Positions 7,970 through 15,994 are shown, counted from the first letter of the stretch. The stretch: 64,000 nucleotides of DNA from Clostridiales bacterium (GCA_015055605.1 SVHV01000001.1:65026-129025); one strand, 5' to 3'. Program-made: numbers and translations. The notes: generated by a model from the sequence alone, not told the origin.

Positions 7970-9694
7970 ATGGCAAAAAACAAAGACAAGAAAAAAATTC
8001 CTTTTAATACCTTTAGAAAAGGTATTACTGCAGGAACTCTAGGTCTTACTATGTTACTAAGTGGAGCAGGAATGCTTGCTGGTTGTGGTGAGAAGGGTGA
8101 CAGAGGTGAAGTTGGTGCTACAGGTAAGAGTGCTTATGAAATTGCAGTGGAATATGGATTTTCTGGCACCGAAGCCGAATGGTTAAACAGCCTAAAAGGT
8201 GCTAACGGAACTTCTAGCTATACACACATAAAATATGCTGATTCAATGCCTGATGAAAATTCGGATATTTTATTAAGTGGAACAGGTGCTTACATTGGTA
8301 TTTATGCAGGGCCAAGTGAAACTGCACCTACTAACTATACCGACTATAGTTGGTATAAAGTTAAGGGTGAAAATCCTAAAATAACCTACGATAAAAATGG
8401 ATACATTGTTGTTGATGGAGTAAAAACAGATGTTTGTTTGTATCCTACCGGGGTTTCTTATCCTTTCAATTTAAATTCAGAAAACTACTCTAGTTATAAA
8501 TACGAATTTAAACAAGCCAATGCTTTAGGTGTTTCTAGCAATATAAGGATTTCACTTTGGTTTGATTACAAATTTAAAGCGGGCACACAATTTAAATGTG
8601 TAGGTGATGATACTAAGTATAAAATGGGTTTACTTATTTCTCGTGATGGTGTTAATTTTGATGCTAGTAAAACCCCTCAAATTGCAGAAGATACTGGTTG
8701 GATTAATAGTTCTTCAGCAACAGGTAATTACAACAAGGGCAGTGGCACAGTAGCACACCCATACGATGCAACAACAAAAACCCTAACTTTAGCCGCAGAT
8801 TCGTATGTAAGAATTGGTTTTGCTACAACAAGTGATGCAGCTATTTCAACATCTAACTTTAACTGGCAAAATTATATTGCAATTACCGGACATTATTTAG
8901 AATATGACAAAATTATAAATGTAACAACTGGCGAAATTCCTACTCAAGTTGGCAATTATGGTATGAATGCAGTTGCACACAGAGGCGCTTCTACTGAAGC
9001 TCCAGAAAACACACTTATTGCATATCAAATTGCAAAAGAGCGTGGCTTTATAATGGCAGAGTGTGATGTAACATTTACTAAAGATGGAGTTGGTGTGTTA
9101 TTACACGATGACACAATTAACAGAACATCTAATGGAACTGGTAATATTAGGGATTTAACTCTTGCCCAAGTTAGACAATACGACTTTGGTAGTTGGAAAG
9201 GTACTGAGTTTGTTGGAACACAAATTCCTACATTTGAAGAATTTATTAGATTATGTAAATATATTGATATGCATCCTTACATTGAAATTAAGAGTGGTTG
9301 TTCACAAGCAGAAGTTGAAAGTTTGGTTGCTACTGTAAGAAAATACGGAATGCTTGATAGAGTTACTTGGATTTCTTTTGAGTTTAGCGCTATACAATAT
9401 GTTAAAAATGTGGATGATACTGCTAGACTTGGTTATTTAGCAGCTCCAATTACAGAACAAAAAATCACAGAATTAAAAACTTTGAGAACCGGTAAAAACG
9501 AAGTGTTCTTTAGTGCTGATAATACAAAAGTAACTACAGCACTTATTGAAAGATGTATTGAAGAAAAAATTCCACTTGAAGTTTGCACTGTTGATAATGT
9601 TGACACCATTACAAACCTACATCCTTACATTACTGGTGTTACAAGTAACGATAAAATTGCTGGTCAGCTTTTATACGACAAATATAAAAAATAA
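7970..9694 (+). CDS. Surface lipoprotein: collagen/tail-fibre-like head module, unknown beta-rich middle domain, and C-terminal glycerophosphodiester phosphodiesterase (GDPD) domain
   Basis: The signal peptide has the lipobox LAGC. A GxxGxxG segment plus SAYEIAVEYGFSGTEAEWLNSLKG follows. The GDPD motifs are AHRGASTEAPENT, ECDVTFTKDGVGVLLHDDTINRTSNGTG, and FEEF...YIEIK. Confidence 0.85.
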   Translation: MAKNKDKKKIPFNTFRKGITAGTLGLTMLLSGAGMLAGCGEKGDRGEVGATGKSAYEIAVEYGFSGTEAEWLNSLKGANGTSSYTHIKYADSMPDENSDILLSGTGAYIGIYAGPSETAPTNYTDYSWYKVKGENPKITYDKNGYIVVDGVKTDVCLYPTGVSYPFNLNSENYSSYKYEFKQANALGVSSNIRISLWFDYKFKAGTQFKCVGDDTKYKMGLLISRDGVNFDASKTPQIAEDTGWINSSSATGNYNKGSGTVAHPYDATTKTLTLAADSYVRIGFATTSDAAISTSNFNWQNYIAITGHYLEYDKIINVTTGEIPTQVGNYGMNAVAHRGASTEAPENTLIAYQIAKERGFIMAECDVTFTKDGVGVLLHDDTINRTSNGTGNIRDLTLAQVRQYDFGSWKGTEFVGTQIPTFEEFIRLCKYIDMHPYIEIKSGCSQAEVESLVATVRKYGMLDRVTWISFEFSAIQYVKNVDDTARLGYLAAPITEQKITELKTLRTGKNEVFFSADNTKVTTALIERCIEEKIPLEVCTVDNVDTITNLHPYITGVTSNDKIAGQLLYDKYKK

Positions 9695-9737
9695 AATTGT
9701 ATGAATAATATAAAAACAAAATAATAGGAGATAAGAT

Positions 9738-11465
9738 ATGTCAAAAGATAAAAATAAAAAACCTTTTAATGTATTAAGTAAAAAAGGTTTAATGACACTT
9801 GCACTTGCTGGTGCTATGGTTGCTAGTCCATTTATGTTTGTAGGTTGTGGTGAAACTGGTCCTAAGGGTGATGCGGGAAGCGTTGGTAAAAGTGCTTATG
9901 AAATAGCTGTAGAAAACGGTTTTACAGGCACAGTTCAGGAGTGGCTAAATAGTTTAAAAGGAACAAGTGGAACTAATGGTTATACTCATATAAAATATGC
10001 AGATTCAATGCCTGATGAAGATGCAGACATTTTAGTATCAGGAACAGGTGCTTACATTGGTATTTACAATGGAACAAGCGAAACAGCACCTACAAGCTAT
10101 ACTGCTTATACATGGCACAAAATTAAAGGTGATACACCAAGTATTGCTTTTGATAGCGAAGGATTTATTATTCTTGATGGTGTAAAAACTAATATTTGTA
10201 TTTATGATGCAGAAATCGAACAAGAAATTGTATATAATGCAGCAACTTATTCTAATTATGAATATGTAAAAAAACAAGGCAATGCTTTAGGATCAGTTGA
10301 TGCTCAGACTGCTAAAAGAACATCTATATGGTATCCTTACAAATTTAAAGAGGGTACAACATTTAAATGTGTAGGGGATGATTCAACTTATAACTACGGT
10401 TTTTCTATTTCTTCCGATGGTGTTAATTTTGATGCAAGAGAAGTTCCTGGTTTAGCAGAAGATACTGGCTGGATTTCTAGCACAACACCTTCAGGAGGCT
10501 TAAACCTTGGAGCTAGTGCAGTTAAACATCAATATAACAAAGATACAAAAACTTTAACTTTAGCTAGAGATTCTTATGTAAGAATTAATTTCAGCACAGC
10601 AGGCCAAACTGGAGAAATTTCACCTAACACTCAAGAATGGGAAAAATATTTTGAAATTAATGGTTCAATTTTAGTTGATTCCGATACAGTTCATATCACA
10701 CCTGATAAATCAGGCGAAGTTAATAGTTATGGTATGAATTCAATTGCCCTTATGGGTTATTCTACCGAAGCTCCGGAAAACACACTTTCTGCAGTTAGAT
10801 TAGCTCATGAAAAAGGCTTTGATATGGTTGCTTGTGATGTTTCATTTACAAGTGACGGTGTTGGTGTACTATTGCATGATGATACAATTGATAGAACTTC
10901 TGATGGAACAGGTAATATTTCAGAAATGACACTTGCCCAAGTTAAAGAATATGACTTTGGTTCTTGGAAGTCTGCTGCTTATGCTGATGAAGAAATTCCT
11001 ACATTTGAAGAATTTATTAAAGTATGTAAATATATGGCAATTCACCCTTACATTCAAGTTAAGAGCAGTGCAACACAAGCAAATATCGAAAGTTTAGTTA
11101 CAACTGTGTTCAGAAGCGGAATGTTAAATAAAGTTACTTGGGTTTCTTCTGATATTGATGTTTTAACAGCTATTAATCAATTAAATGCTAAAGCAAGATT
11201 AGGATATGCAACTGAATCTATTACAACTGATCAAATTGCAGAATTGGAAGCATTAAAAACAGAAACTAACGATGTGTTCTTCTATGCTAATAATGCAAAT
11301 TTAATTGTTTCTCTTGTTGATAGTTGTATTTCTAAATATCTACCAATTGAAGTATATGGGGTTAATGAAGTTTCAGACATTGAAAATTTACACCCTTATA
11401 TTACTGGTGTTGCAAGTAACGACAAAGTTGCTGGACAAATCTTATATGATAAATATATGAAATAA
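9738..11465 (+). CDS. Paralogous surface lipoprotein with a C-terminal GDPD domain, probably co-transcribed with 7970..9694
   Basis: It has the lipobox FVGC and the same head module (SAYEIAVENGFTGTVQEWLNSLKG, YTHIKYADSMPDE). The GDPD motifs are STEAPENT and ACDVSFTSDGVGVLLHDDTIDRTSDGTG. The 43-nt gap upstream contains no promoter or terminator. Confidence 0.85.
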   Translation: MSKDKNKKPFNVLSKKGLMTLALAGAMVASPFMFVGCGETGPKGDAGSVGKSAYEIAVENGFTGTVQEWLNSLKGTSGTNGYTHIKYADSMPDEDADILVSGTGAYIGIYNGTSETAPTSYTAYTWHKIKGDTPSIAFDSEGFIILDGVKTNICIYDAEIEQEIVYNAATYSNYEYVKKQGNALGSVDAQTAKRTSIWYPYKFKEGTTFKCVGDDSTYNYGFSISSDGVNFDAREVPGLAEDTGWISSTTPSGGLNLGASAVKHQYNKDTKTLTLARDSYVRINFSTAGQTGEISPNTQEWEKYFEINGSILVDSDTVHITPDKSGEVNSYGMNSIALMGYSTEAPENTLSAVRLAHEKGFDMVACDVSFTSDGVGVLLHDDTIDRTSDGTGNISEMTLAQVKEYDFGSWKSAAYADEEIPTFEEFIKVCKYMAIHPYIQVKSSATQANIESLVTTVFRSGMLNKVTWVSSDIDVLTAINQLNAKARLGYATESITTDQIAELEALKTETNDVFFYANNANLIVSLVDSCISKYLPIEVYGVNEVSDIENLHPYITGVASNDKVAGQILYDKYMK

Positions 11466-11484
11466 AAATTATAAATATATAAAA

Positions 11485-11513
11485 AGAGTGGGAATTTACT
11501 CCACTCTTTTTTT
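11485..11513 (+). terminator. Rho-independent terminator of the two-gene GDPD lipoprotein unit
   Basis: An agagtgg / ccactct stem is followed by T7. Confidence 0.75.
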
Positions 11514-11540
11514 GTGTTTTTAGTATTAATAGTTGGTATG

Positions 11541-11575
11541 CAACAGGTATGAAGTCTTCCGTTTAGTTTCTGATG
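11541..11575 (+). pseudogene. Degenerate relic resembling the ftsW/spoVE 3' end (out of frame, with a stop)
   Basis: caacaggtat followed by cttccgttta is collinear, with one indel, with the relic at 14307-14388 and with ftsW at 7668-7690. It is too short to be certain. Confidence 0.4.
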
Positions 11576-11619
11576 GAGAAATTGGTCCTTTGATTTTTAT
11601 TTAATATATTAAATAATAT

Positions 11620-11650
11620 TTGACAAAAAGCATCGGGGGGGGGGTAATAT
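11620..11650 (+). promoter_or_regulatory. Paralogous sigma-A-type promoter with a G10 tract in the spacer (TTGACA, 19 nt, TAATAT)
   Basis: TTGACA lies at 11620-11625. The spacer at 11626-11644 ends in G10 (11635-11644). TAATAT lies at 11645-11650. The downstream leader, RBS and first codons are homologous to those of 7888-8000. Confidence 0.65.
11635..11644 (+). repeat. Homopolymeric G10 tract (candidate contingency repeat)
   Basis: This is a run of ten G between the -35 and -10 elements. It is 2 nt longer than the paralogous tract at 7903-7910. Confidence 0.9.
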
Positions 11651-11704
11651 AAAAGTGTATATTAGTGTCTAAATAAGACAAAATATGTATAAAGGAGATA
11701 ATAA

Positions 11705-14170
11705 ATGGCAAAAAACAAAGACAAGAAAACAATCCCTTTCAATGTATTTAGAAAGGGAATAACCGCAGGTGCACTAGGTCTTACTATGTTACTAAGTGGA
11801 GCAGGAATGCTTGCTGGTTGTGGTGAGAAGGGTGACAAAGGTGAAGTTGGTGCTACAGGTAAGAGCGCTTATGAAATTGCTGTAGAAAATGGATTTACTG
11901 GTACAGTTCAAGAGTGGCTAGATAGCCTAAAGGGACAATCTGGTGGTGCAGGTAGTGCAGGTATAGATGGTAAGGGTATTCAGTCTATCACAAAGACTGG
12001 TACAAATGGTCTAGTAGATACATATACAATTACATTTACAGATGGTACATATACTACATTTGAGATTACAAATGGTGCAGAAGGTCCACAAGGCGATCCG
12101 GGACAACCAGGAACTCCAGGACAACCAGGAACTCCGGGTGCTCCAGGACAAAATGGTGCTACTTGGTTAACAGGTACTGCTATTACAGGAACTGGCACAG
12201 GAATCTCTGCAACTATTGCAAATTCAAAAGTTGGCGATTTGTATTTCAACACTAATACTAGCGATATTTATCAATGCACAGCAGAAAACACTTGGAATTG
12301 GATTGCCAATATTAAAGGCGAGAACGGTGAAGATGGTATTTCTGCTTATGTCGGATATGATGGCAACTTGTGGTATGGCACCCAACGAAGTGATTTGCAA
12401 ATTGAAGATTATACCGAATCTGGTGTTTTTGAAAATTCTATTAGAATACCTGGTTCTGAAATGGAAAAATATTTTGAAAGGGAATATGTTAACCTTTCTA
12501 GCAATACAATTGCCTTGATGTCAAATTATATGCCAAATGCAAAACTTACACAGTATAGTGGAGTGAAAGTTAATGAACTTTCTATATATGCAGAAGATGC
12601 AGGTTTATTACAGATAGGTACAGCTAAGGTTGCAGATGTTGTTGACGCTAGATTAAATGGTGTAACTTATTCTTTAACATCTCAATTTTCTTTTAGTGTT
12701 CAAAAAGGATTAAATGATTTAGTTGTTAATATTGAAGTCGCAGAGGATGAAACTTTAGTTGTTGGAGGTAATAACTCGGTTGGATTATATGTGTCAAAAG
12801 GTATAACTAAAACCGGTGTTGAGGGTGATTATACTTTACTTGATCGTAATCAAAATGCTTATGTGTTAGAAATGTCTGATAACATAAAAAACACTTTAGC
12901 TTTAAAAGTAAAAGCAACCCCTTTGGCTGGCATAAAAGCAGTATTCCCAGATTTATTGAATCAAGTAAATCCCGCTATGCAAAATTCTTCATTGCCGGGA
13001 GCGTTGCAAGCTTTCCCATTTCATTATGGAAAAAAAGATTTATTTGCAAATAAGCAAATTGTCAAAATTGGTTTAATTCCAAAAGCCTGTACCGATTTTG
13101 ACAATCCTACTTTCACAGTGTATAAAGTGCGACAAAGTCAAACGACAAATTATACAGATCAAGGCAATTATATTGAAAAGTATACTCTTCAAGTACCAAT
13201 TTCATCTAGTGATGATTATGGTAAATTTGTGTATGTTGATTGTGATATTACAGTTGGCGCAAATGAAAAAATAGTATTTGGTGATCCTAGCGATACTGTC
13301 AATTGGGGGTATTTAAGGGAAGTTGCTCCAGAGTATTCAGTGTCAGAAAATCAAGATCCAAATGCTGCTAGTTACACATGCTTAATTTTTGATATTTATG
13401 AATATTCAGATTTTACTTACGAAGACCATATTAACAAACTAAAAGAAGAAGAGATTAATGCGTCGGGTGTACTTAATGCAAAATATGAGGAATTGGCATC
13501 TATTTTAAAAAATAAAACAATTTCTATTTTAGGAGATAGTATTAGTACTTATAACGAATATTCAGAAGGGTCTGCTGCTCAGACATCAAATAGCACAATT
13601 GGTAGTAACTCATTATTTTATACAGGTGAAAATATTATTTCTGATGTGAATGATACTTGGTGGATGCAACTTATTAATCAAACAGAAATGAAATTGCTAG
13701 TTAATAATTCTTTTTCTGGGGATGAAGTATGGAATCGTGGTCAAACAAGATGTGAACAACTTCATGATGATACAGGAACTAATGCGGGGACAGAACCTGA
13801 TTTTATTGCTGTGTATTTAGGAACAAATGATTTAAATAGAAGTGCAACTGTTGAAGACTTTACAACAAACTATAGAAATATGGTTAATAAAATCCTTACT
13901 AAATATACAAATTCCGAAGTGTTCTTGTTTACATTATTGCCAAATGGACAACCAATAGAAAGACAAGATGCATTTAATAATGCTATTAGAAGTATTGCTG
14001 AAGAATTGAATTGTGGGTTAGTAGACATAAATGCTGAAAGTGGTTTCACATCGAGCAATTTTAGAATTTATACTGCGGATGGTACACATCCAAATAGTTG
14101 GGGTATGGATTTAATTTCTGAGTGTTTTTGGAATGTCTTATACGATAAATATGTAACAAATGCTGATTAA
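11705..14170 (+). CDS. Surface lipoprotein: shared head module, collagen-like GXY tract, large unknown middle region, and C-terminal SGNH/GDSL hydrolase domain
   Basis: The first ~60 aa are nearly identical to the 7970 product (lipobox LAGC). The collagen tract reads GPQGDPGQPGTPGQPGTPGAPGQNG. The SGNH blocks are ILGDSIS (I), LGTNDL (III) and DGTHPN (V). Confidence 0.85.
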   Translation: MAKNKDKKTIPFNVFRKGITAGALGLTMLLSGAGMLAGCGEKGDKGEVGATGKSAYEIAVENGFTGTVQEWLDSLKGQSGGAGSAGIDGKGIQSITKTGTNGLVDTYTITFTDGTYTTFEITNGAEGPQGDPGQPGTPGQPGTPGAPGQNGATWLTGTAITGTGTGISATIANSKVGDLYFNTNTSDIYQCTAENTWNWIANIKGENGEDGISAYVGYDGNLWYGTQRSDLQIEDYTESGVFENSIRIPGSEMEKYFEREYVNLSSNTIALMSNYMPNAKLTQYSGVKVNELSIYAEDAGLLQIGTAKVADVVDARLNGVTYSLTSQFSFSVQKGLNDLVVNIEVAEDETLVVGGNNSVGLYVSKGITKTGVEGDYTLLDRNQNAYVLEMSDNIKNTLALKVKATPLAGIKAVFPDLLNQVNPAMQNSSLPGALQAFPFHYGKKDLFANKQIVKIGLIPKACTDFDNPTFTVYKVRQSQTTNYTDQGNYIEKYTLQVPISSSDDYGKFVYVDCDITVGANEKIVFGDPSDTVNWGYLREVAPEYSVSENQDPNAASYTCLIFDIYEYSDFTYEDHINKLKEEEINASGVLNAKYEELASILKNKTISILGDSISTYNEYSEGSAAQTSNSTIGSNSLFYTGENIISDVNDTWWMQLINQTEMKLLVNNSFSGDEVWNRGQTRCEQLHDDTGTNAGTEPDFIAVYLGTNDLNRSATVEDFTTNYRNMVNKILTKYTNSEVFLFTLLPNGQPIERQDAFNNAIRSIAEELNCGLVDINAESGFTSSNFRIYTADGTHPNSWGMDLISECFWNVLYDKYVTNAD
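12101..12136 (+). repeat. Perfect-but-one 18-nt tandem duplication encoding GQPGTP x2 within the collagen-like tract
   Basis: ggacaaccaggaactcca is followed directly by ggacaaccaggaactccg. Confidence 0.85.
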
Positions 14171-14183
14171 TATTAAATAATTA

Positions 14184-14212
14184 AGAGTGGAAAATTATTC
14201 CACTCTTTTTTA
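14184..14212 (+). terminator. Rho-independent terminator after the SGNH lipoprotein gene
   Basis: An agagtgg / ccactct stem with a 9-nt loop is followed by T6. Confidence 0.75.
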
Positions 14213-14306
14213 TATCAAAAATTGAAATGGCAGTTAGTACCTGTCTTTTTTGAATATAATTAAAGTGAAAAACAATTATATTATATTTTATAATGCAATA
14301 ACTGAT

Positions 14307-14388
14307 GTTAACAGGTAGCATTCCACCAACAGGTATACCACTTCCGTTTATGAGTGCAGGAGGAACTATCCTTATGGTCTTTATGGTT
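14307..14388 (+). pseudogene. Orphan fragment of an ftsW/spoVE 3' end (would encode TGSIPPTGIPLPFMSAGGTILMVFM)
   Basis: It aligns with ftsW 7648-7730. A 26-nt identical core (ataccacttccgtttatgagtgcagg; 7675-7700 = 14335-14360) is flanked mostly by synonymous-type differences. No upstream part of the gene is present. Confidence 0.8.
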
Positions 14389-14412
14389 AAGAGTGGTTTT
14401 GAAAGAGGGGTA

Positions 14413-14441
14413 TTGAAATTGGTGTTTATTTGTGTTATAAT
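14413..14441 (+). promoter_or_regulatory. Sigma-A-type promoter for the first orphan gene (TTGAAA, 17 nt, extended TGtTATAAT)
   Basis: TTGAAA lies at 14413-14418 and TATAAT at 14436-14441, preceded by TG. This places the TSS downstream of the ORF-track start at 14430 and so supports ATG 14475. Confidence 0.6.
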
Positions 14442-14474
14442 TTAATCACTCAAATTATGGAGGGGTTAAAAATT

Positions 14475-15386
14475 ATGGGAATTATAGAGTTTTTTCGTAA
14501 AAAATTCGCAAAAGATGAGGCTGAACAAACAACAACTGTTGATCAGGGTGTAAGCGAAGAAAAGTTTGTATCTGATTTAAGCTTTGTGGAAATGCAAGAT
14601 GCAGACTGGAGAAAGTTTGCTGGAATTCTTAAGAAAGAGGGTGTTTTATCTAATTCTTATGAAAAAAGTCCTGTTTCTATTGAGTATTATGTTGCAAAGG
14701 ATAATACTCCTGTGGTAGATATGACTTTTAAGTCAGCAACTTCAGACAGTGTTAGAAGAGTTCAGTTAATGAATAATTCTGCATTTTTGTTTGTGAATGG
14801 TGCTATAGAGTCTTTTCCTGAAACCAAAAGAAACAAGGACCTAAATCGTTTATGGGCAGATTTTCAAAATAGACTAAGACATTATAATATGGTGGATATT
14901 AATCGTGAGGGGTATTTACATGCTCTTCGTGGCAAGAGATTAATGAAAAAAGCTCAAAAGATGATGGGAATGCGAGATATTTATGATCGTGAACAAGAAT
15001 TTTTGAAACAAAATAAAGATGCTGTTTATGATGAGTTCTGTTATTCTGCTGTGTTTGAAAGAAATGAAAATGGTTTTTATGATTACGCTGGTGAGATGCC
15101 TAAATTTGTGCCTTTAGTAGAAACAGAAGATGGTCATTTTGTTAGTGGTGAACCAGTTATGCCATTTACTCCTAGAACACTAGAGCATTGTATTTTGCGT
15201 ATGACAGAAGGTCAAAAAGTAGAAGACGGAGAGTTCCTTGTAGAATTCGAAAAGAAATGTAGACAACTTCAAGAGTATTCTTGTTTTGAATCAGAAGATT
15301 GGGATAGAGTTATAGGCTTTGGTAAAAACATTGTTAGGAATCAATACTTGACAAGTATGACGGCTGATGACTGTCAAATGAGATAA
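14475..15386 (+). CDS. Hypothetical cytoplasmic protein (303 aa), no recognisable motif
   Basis: It is a long ORF with a GGAGGGG RBS 8 nt upstream of ATG 14475. It has its own promoter and its own terminator. Confidence 0.6.
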   Translation: MGIIEFFRKKFAKDEAEQTTTVDQGVSEEKFVSDLSFVEMQDADWRKFAGILKKEGVLSNSYEKSPVSIEYYVAKDNTPVVDMTFKSATSDSVRRVQLMNNSAFLFVNGAIESFPETKRNKDLNRLWADFQNRLRHYNMVDINREGYLHALRGKRLMKKAQKMMGMRDIYDREQEFLKQNKDAVYDEFCYSAVFERNENGFYDYAGEMPKFVPLVETEDGHFVSGEPVMPFTPRTLEHCILRMTEGQKVEDGEFLVEFEKKCRQLQEYSCFESEDWDRVIGFGKNIVRNQYLTSMTADDCQMR

Positions 15387-15414
15387 GAGCAAACAAATTG
15401 CTCTTATTTTTTTA
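15385..15414 (+). terminator. Rho-independent terminator
   Basis: An aagagca / tgctctt stem is followed by a T-rich run. Confidence 0.7.
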
Positions 15415-15481
15415 GTTTTTTGGGTATTTACAATGTGGTATAAGTATGTTACAATTTCTCTATATAAAGGGGAGAAAAGTA

Positions 15482-15994
15482 ATGATTACTAAACAGCCGA
15501 GACCAGAACATCAGGGGTGCTATGACCTAACAGTTACAGATAGGGACGGTAAGTCTTTTATAATGACTGTGGGAGGAAACTTTGACCTTTACTGGTTACC
15601 AGAAAATCATAAAGAAAATAGAACCTTTGGTATTGACCGAGAGGATGAATTTACATTTAATATATTTGAGCAATTATTTGATGCTGTTGGCAAAAAAGAC
15701 GATAAGTATCGTCCAGTTTTGCAGGATAATACCATTAAGTTTATTAGTGAGGATTGGCCGGAAGAAGAGGCTAATCATTTACTAATTACTAGAGAAAAAG
15801 ATTCTTTTCAAATAGACTTTGTGCAGAATGAAGACAAAGAGTCGTGGACTTATCCACATAGAGGTTGTGCGATTTGTTTTTGTAATAGTGGTAGTAGGGT
15901 GCCTAAGGTTGAGTCATTATTTATGAGAATGTTTAACTATCTTGCTTATGAGTGCGATATGGTACAATGTGAGCATGATGACAATGTAATGTAA
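15482..15994 (+). CDS. Hypothetical acidic cytoplasmic protein (170 aa)
   Basis: ATG 15482 follows an AGGGGAG RBS. The promoter TTTACA(15427)-17 nt-TACAAT(15450) lies downstream of the ORF-track start at 15446, so the shorter form is favoured. Confidence 0.55.
   Translation: MITKQPRPEHQGCYDLTVTDRDGKSFIMTVGGNFDLYWLPENHKENRTFGIDREDEFTFNIFEQLFDAVGKKDDKYRPVLQDNTIKFISEDWPEEEANHLLITREKDSFQIDFVQNEDKESWTYPHRGCAICFCNSGSRVPKVESLFMRMFNYLAYECDMVQCEHDDNVM

Noticed and set aside
15582-15785. A 67-aa plus-strand ORF overlapping the orphan gene 15482-15994 in another frame. Similar short nested ORFs occur at 12216-12518, 54488-54685 and 61132-61353.
   Set aside because: There are no translation signals. 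They are fully embedded in longer ORFs that have better coding character.
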